Positions 58,141 through 64,000 of a DNA stretch of 64,000 bases are shown one piece after another. Below the pieces are notes generated by a model. The model worked only from the letters and a program-made list of their open reading frames with translations, made no database searches and was not told where the DNA came from. The position numbers and the translations under genes are program-made. Within the stretch, counting starts at the first letter, position 1, and every line of letters starts with the position of its first letter. Location: the NCBI GenBank assembly GCA_051362555.1, contig CM120640.1:9858001-9922000 (forward strand), read 5' to 3'. Origin of the DNA: Lingula anatina. Its lineage: Eukaryota > Animalia > Brachiopoda.

Positions 58141-58764
58141 TGCAGTTTCTCCCAGGACAGTAAACTACATGAAAAACTCGATTACTATGTTTGGTGGGCA
58201 CACGTTGTCAACATGCTCTTCCAGCACTTGCACGAGCTAATGTTTACATCCAAGAATTCTGGGAACATTTTTTCTCAAGTTTCTTCGGTTTTAATTTTTT
58301 TAGTTTTATGAAAAAGTCTATATTGAAGGATAATTTGAAATTTATTTCAAAAATAGATTCTTTTTTAACACTTTACTACTTCCCGTTAACTTGTATTTTT
58401 GCGAGATGTACACATACATAGCAACAATATGGCGGACGGTAAACTAGTAGTACTACTTTCGCAAATTCTGTGTCATTGGGCGCCGATTTAATTCCCATCA
58501 TATCGAATCTTTTGCTGATAAATTCATTGCATTGTGTATCTTTAGCTCTAAAACACTGAAAAAGTTGTAGTCTGCAGAGCTATTATCTTTATTTCACACG
58601 ATAAAAGGGTTCTTTTTTGAACTCTTTCATACTGCGCATCTATTTAGCAGGTAATGTTACTGTGTTGAGGTTAAGGTTTGCTGAAGTTAAAATGTACTTT
58701 TTGCATTTGATGCATATATCCGATAAATTGAACTGTCAGTAATGTTGCGTACATAAAATACAAA
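58141..58764. promoter_or_regulatory. Divergent promoter between ASPHD2-like and DNAH10 with an RFX X-box half-site abutting a YY1-like motif
   Basis: 624 bp between the start codons; catagcaac (58417-58425) followed by aatatggcgg (58426-58435). Confidence 0.6.
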
Positions 58765-61700
58765 ATGGATGACCCAAGAATCGAATGGATTAGGGACCGT
58801 GTGTATTTAGCATTGGACATCAAGGAAAATGACGTATTTGATGACCTCCTCAACAGAGATGATGGACTTTACGAACGAGAAATCGCTAAGTTTCTGAACG
58901 AAACACCGGAGGAAAATGCAACAGCTTTGTTATTTTACAAGATAGTTACGGAGGAAGAAGAAGAAGTTGAAGTGGAATGTGGTAAGACATACTATCTTCT
59001 TGATGATTCCATGCTAAATATTCGCTTTATAGACGGGCACCTGCAACTGCTGCAGTTAAACTCTGGAACTTCAGCAATTTGTTAGCGTTTTTCTATCAGT
59101 TTTGATAGTACTTAACTTATAAGTTCAAGCAGAATAGACATCGACATTGGTCTCTTGTCTAGTAATTACTTTTGATATTTCCCTTCAGAGCCTGAGATTC
59201 CTGATATACAGGCAGAGGATGAGATTGAACCTGACGGTGCTGATGGAGAGCAACAGGATGACGTTCCAGTGGCAAATACCCCTAGTGTTGCTGCAACAGA
59301 AGACCAAGAGGGAGATGGTGGGAGGAAGAAAAAAGGTACATTGCTTAAAAAAATTTAATTTATCAAAAGTAAAAATTAACAGCAAAAAATGCATGTGTTG
59401 TAATTTTTTTTTCAGGATAGTGAATATTTACTAGGTTCTCATTTAACTGTTATGAACTAAAATGGGAGTCAATTAGCACAGGCATTGTAAAACTCATCAC
59501 AAACACATATTAAAAATACTTTCTAGGCAAAAAGAAAGGGAAGAGAGGAAAAGATACTCCATCAGAAGAGAAGAAAGAAGCCACTCCAGTCCCACCTAGG
59601 GAGCCCACACCACCACCACCTGAGCCTGAACAAACTGGAGAGGGAGGAGAAGAGGCACAAGATGATGATGAGCCCAAGCAACCACTTACAGTAGGAATAT
59701 TGATGTTTATCTTCCAAGGATTATGTTTAATCATGCGATAACAGAATATACCCTGTTGTGAATGCCCTATGGCCCCAGGCCTACCATACTACCAGACTCG
59801 GCACCGAATGATCCTGAATTCACTGGTAGATCAGACCACACTACCCGTTTTCAAGGTGTGTGTCAGATCGCATTACACAGTATCATACCCTGAACAAATT
59901 TTGAGTGGTGATGCAATGCTTTTCAACCCCGCTGAGAATCGTCACTATCACATCGCGTACTAGGCAAGAGCGGTGTCACGTCTGTTACTGTGTAATGCGA
60001 TCTGACACACACCTTGAAAACGGATAGTGTGGTCTGATCTACCGGTGAATTCAGGATCATTCGGTGCCGAGTCTGGTAGTTGGGTAGGCCTGGGCCCTGT
60101 TGCAGTAAAAAGGGAGGGGGGGAGAGGTAAAGAACAGCAAAACATTGCATTTTAGAATTTTGTGGTAGAAAATGTGGTAAAGATAATCATTCATTTTTAA
60201 CAACCCAACCCCATAAGAAGGTATCAACCTCAATAACATGTTTATCATTTTTATACAATATCCTCAAAACAGAAGTCATATTGTGTATTTGGAGTGGGCT
60301 TTTAGATTGCAAACTTTACATTCTTTTTGACAGAAAATCATCATTCAGAAGGTATGGAGGACATACCTGTACATGTGCTATGGGCATCTCCCCGAGGAGG
60401 TTGCTGACAAAGACTGCGTGTACTTCCTGCGCAATACCACAGGGATGGTGCCTTTGCCAAACAGCATTGATGAGGCAGTGGAAACACTACCAGCACTGTT
60501 TGAGACTGGAATCCTAAATGGTCACTCCTTGGTCATGCTGGAACAAGTGATCACGAACGTAAGTACAGATTAATATGGGATGAAACCAAAAGATTGTGTT
60601 TAGAGTTTGCATGACTGAAATACCATGAAGTTTAATTAGTCAAAAACCATTAGACACAAAAATTTTGCATTATTAGGCTTACTGGTAGTCTGTGTGAATA
60701 TTTAGGAATTGGTTTATTTATTTATTTATTATTATTATTTTTTTTTTCATTTTCCTTTATGGGATGAGAGGATAAGCTAGCAGCAACCATTTTGAAAAAT
60801 TAATGCTATTAAAATAATTATTTCAATATTTTATTTGGATTGATAACCAGGAGTTATGAATTAATATTGCAGGTCTACATGCCCTTTCTATCTTTTCATC
60901 AAAACAAAAATGGAGATGGCAATCAGAGCAAGTCTCCTCCAGCAGAGGCAAGCAGGCCTCCCACTAGAGAAAACACAAATATGACACAGGTCTCAGGTAA
61001 GCACATCTTTTCATTTGTATTTGTAACATGACAAAATTGATGTTAAGTTATTCTAAATCATTACATTTAATTTTCTGTCAATTAGTTTGGCATCTTTAAA
61101 ATATTGTTTGGACAGTGCTGAAAGGATAATATTTCAGATATGTCATTTGATTGTAAGCTTGAAAATAAGCTTATCAAATTTTTTATCAATTTTGTGGTGA
61201 TTCAATTGTTTGGAAAGTCTTTCATGACTGACCCAATGTTTGAAAAACAAAATTTATTGAGGATATAATTTTTTTTCTCCAGCTGCCTCAACAGAAGAAG
61301 AGATAAATGTCCAGGAATCCAAAGCCAAGGCTCTGCTCAGAGATGAATTTCTGATCAATATGCAAAAGTTTGCCAACAGTATCACTCGCACAATACAGCA
61401 GATTGAAGGAGAAGTGCGACTAGAGATTCCTGATATAGAGCTCCCAGAAGACATCCATGTTGCAGCAAAGGACAAAGACCTTTGTGCACAACTTGAACAG
61501 GTAGTAATTGACTGGGACAAGCAAGTCCAGATGGCAGTAGATGTTGTAGTAAAGAAAATGCCACAGGGGAATGGACCCCTTGCCGAGATTGAATTTTGGC
61601 GTGAGCGTAATGCTGCTTTGAGTGCCTTGATTGAACAACTCAAATTGCCTTATGTACAGAAAGTTCTCAGTATTATGGGCCTTGTAGAAGATGCTGTAGA

Positions 61701-64000
61701 AATCCACCGCGGGGATCTTAATAAACTCTACACGGAAGCCAAAGACAATGTGAGATTCCTCTCCACACTGGAAAGGCATTTTAAGAATATAACCCATGGT
61801 GCTACATTCCATGTTGTGATTGAAACCATTCCGTCCATGATGAATGCACTGCGTATGGTGTGGATTATCTCACGGCATTATAACAGAGATGAAAGAATGG
61901 TTCCCCTGATGGAGAGAATAGCCTGGGAGCTAGCAGAAAGAGTCGCAAGAGTTATCAACTGCAGGACTCTCTATAAGTAAGTGCTATGAAAAAATACATA
62001 TTTACACCTGACAGGCTGACAGTGTACTCTTCCTTATATTTCTGGTCATTCTTGTGTTAGGATTGGCATAACAAATTGCTTATCATCTGTTGAAATGTAT
62101 TGGAAGGATTTGTATAATTATTATGCAATCTTTTTCTAAGCAATGGGTATTTATTAACTATGGTTGCCAATGATGAAATTCTGATATTAAATCAAATTCA
62201 ATTCATTCTTTTAATGTAGAGATGGACCAGTTGAGGTGAAAAGAAAGACTTCAGAAGCAAAGAGAATGCTTGACCTGTGGAAAGAATCTTATCTGGATGT
62301 AAGAGCCAAGATAGAGGCATCAGGTCGTGATGCTCGCTGGGAGTTTGACAGAAAGAGACTATTTGAGAGGACAGATTATATGTCCCGAATTTGCCAGGAT
62401 CTTCATGATGTAGCACAGGTGAAAAAAAATTACTTCACTGTTTTAGCCAAAAATTCACAAATTAGCAACACTTATTGTTTTTTTATTTGGTGCTAGTGAA
62501 GGAGTATGGTAATACTGTAAACAGAACTAAAATACCTGCAGATAATTGTGCTCAACAGGAGCAAAAATTATTGCAACTGTTGATCCTTGCTTATGCTTTT
62601 TGTTCCTTATTTCCTAGGTTCTTGAAGAGTTCTACAACATCTTTGGTCCAGAATTGAAAGCAGTTACTGGGGACCCTAAGAGGATAGATGATGTGCTGAA
62701 AAGAGTTGATGATTTGGTGAAACCAATTGAAGATGTAAGACAATAATTGTTTATGTGACATGATGATATTTAAACATGTTTGGCCCAGTTTGTTGGTAAC
62801 AGTAAATTTATACAACTTTTTCAGAGGAAATATTTTGATTTTTTGTAAAACTTTTTAAATTTCCTTTTAAATTTCTGATCTTTTCCTTTACAGGCCTGTA
62901 TATTGCATTTTTAGATCTCTATGCAATTTTTTTTTTTAGCTTTTGTTTATTTTGCATTTATTCTGAAAAAGAGATAAAGAGCATTGTTTTTCTAAATTAT
63001 ATGTACTTCACACCCTCACAGGTGTCCTTCGATCCATTCTCTTTCCGAGAGCAAGATGGCTGGCAGAAGGTGATGAAGTGGTTTCACAGGGAGGTCCAGT
63101 CTATTGAGGAGGAGGCACTCTCTTTTATTGATGAGTCCTTCAAAACTCTGAGGTCTGCAGAGGGAGCATTTGATCTTCTCCTCAAGTTTAAAAACATCCG
63201 CTCCAGAGAAGCTATCAACAATCAGCTTATGCAAAAGTTCAATGATATTTTGATGCAGTATGGAAGAGAGGTTGGTTGCTTAGTTGCTTTACCATGTGCT
63301 TTGCCTAAAGCTACCTTCTTCTATTGATGTTAAGCTTCTCCACAAAGAGTATTTGAATCTCTTTTTGATGAAGAATTTCATTATGTTTTTTATTATTTTT
63401 GTTTAGATATAATCCCTCCTAAAAAAAGAAAGAAAAAAAGAACATGAAATTGAAGACATGGGCTCTTTTTCAGGTTGACATCATGGATTCACTGTTCAGA
63501 GACAACAAGGATTCTCCACCTCTCCATAAAAACCAACCTCCTGTAGCAGGGTCCATCTTCTGGGAGAGAGCATTATTCATCAGGATCAAACAAACCATCA
63601 TCCGCTTCCTTACCATGGATGAAATGATGCAGAGTGACATAGGAAAAGCTGTAAGTGATAAATTTTCTTAAATTGAAATTGCAATGATTGATAATGTCTC
63701 CGCTAATTTATAAAACCGTTAGTACATGAGTAATACAGGTAAAATCCTACTGTTAATAAGAGCATATTCTTCTTCATCTGTATGTCACATATGTATGTTT
63801 CATGGCATGTAAGTGGATTAAGTTATTCCTAATATTTTTTTTCTTTTCAGGCAAGAGCTAAATACCTTAGCGTTGCAAAACAGATGAAGGCTTATGAGGA
63901 CAAGAAATATGAAGAATGGAGAGAAAATGTCGAGCAAGTCCTGCCTGGTTTACTGAAGAGGAATCTATTAGCAAAACCCTCCCAGCAGCAACTGGTTCCC
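58765..64000 (+). CDS. DNAH10: Axonemal dynein heavy chain 10 (inner-arm I1/f alpha), 5' part; runs off the window
   Basis: N-terminus MDDPRIEWIRDRVY...DLLNRDDG is typical of DNAH10; DHC_N1 motifs GPLAEIEFWRER, EAKDNVRFLSTLERHFK, WIISRHYN, RWEFDRKRLFERTDYM. Exons: 58765-58981, 59189-59335, 59527-59690, 60334-60558, 60873-60996, 61283-61976, 62220-62418, 62618-62734, 63022-63270, 63474-63650, 63851->64000; all GT-AG and in phase. Confidence 0.95.
59776..60092. mobile_element. Foldback MITE with 107-bp inverted arms in DNAH10 intron 3
   Basis: 59776-59882 is the reverse complement of 59986-60092 with 4 mismatches; CAGG...CCTG termini; GGCCC on both flanks. Confidence 0.88.

Noticed and set aside
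59769-60150. Two ORFs on opposite strands with nearly identical peptides (PGLP.YQTRHRMILNS.VDQTTL.VFKVCVRSHYTV)
   Set aside because: Artefact of the inverted-repeat arms of the MITE, not a duplicated gene
61254-61812. 129/130-aa minus-strand ORFs
   Set aside because: Antisense shadows of DNAH10 exon 6

Overview
AT-rich, intron-rich animal genomic DNA, probably a non-vertebrate bilaterian (inferred from gene set, intron sizes and repeat types). It is not prokaryotic, and most ORF-track entries are exon fragments or noise. Four protein genes were reconstructed by hand from GT-AG splice sites. (1) An SBSPON-like secreted somatomedin-B/TSP1 gene on the minus strand, with three coding exons at 2141-25053; its 3' end was not found and probably lies left of the window. 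(2) A complete 29-exon clathrin heavy chain on the minus strand (37194-54801, 1671 aa). (3) A two-exon ASPHD2-like 2OG-dioxygenase on the minus strand (56987-58140). (4) The 5' part of axonemal dynein heavy chain DNAH10 on the plus strand (58765 to window end), head-to-head with the ASPHD gene. Mobile DNA includes a 1.9-kb hAT-type element with a 6-bp TSD and a decayed TTF zinc finger, a foldback MITE with 107-bp arms, a Harbinger-like MITE, smaller MITEs and an RTE LINE 3' remnant. The most unusual signal is a series of sense-strand polypyrimidine-AG|GT 'ratchet' motifs spaced through the long SBSPON introns (candidate recursive splicing). There is also a possible multi-promoter 5' UTR. Both are sequence-based hypotheses that need RNA data.
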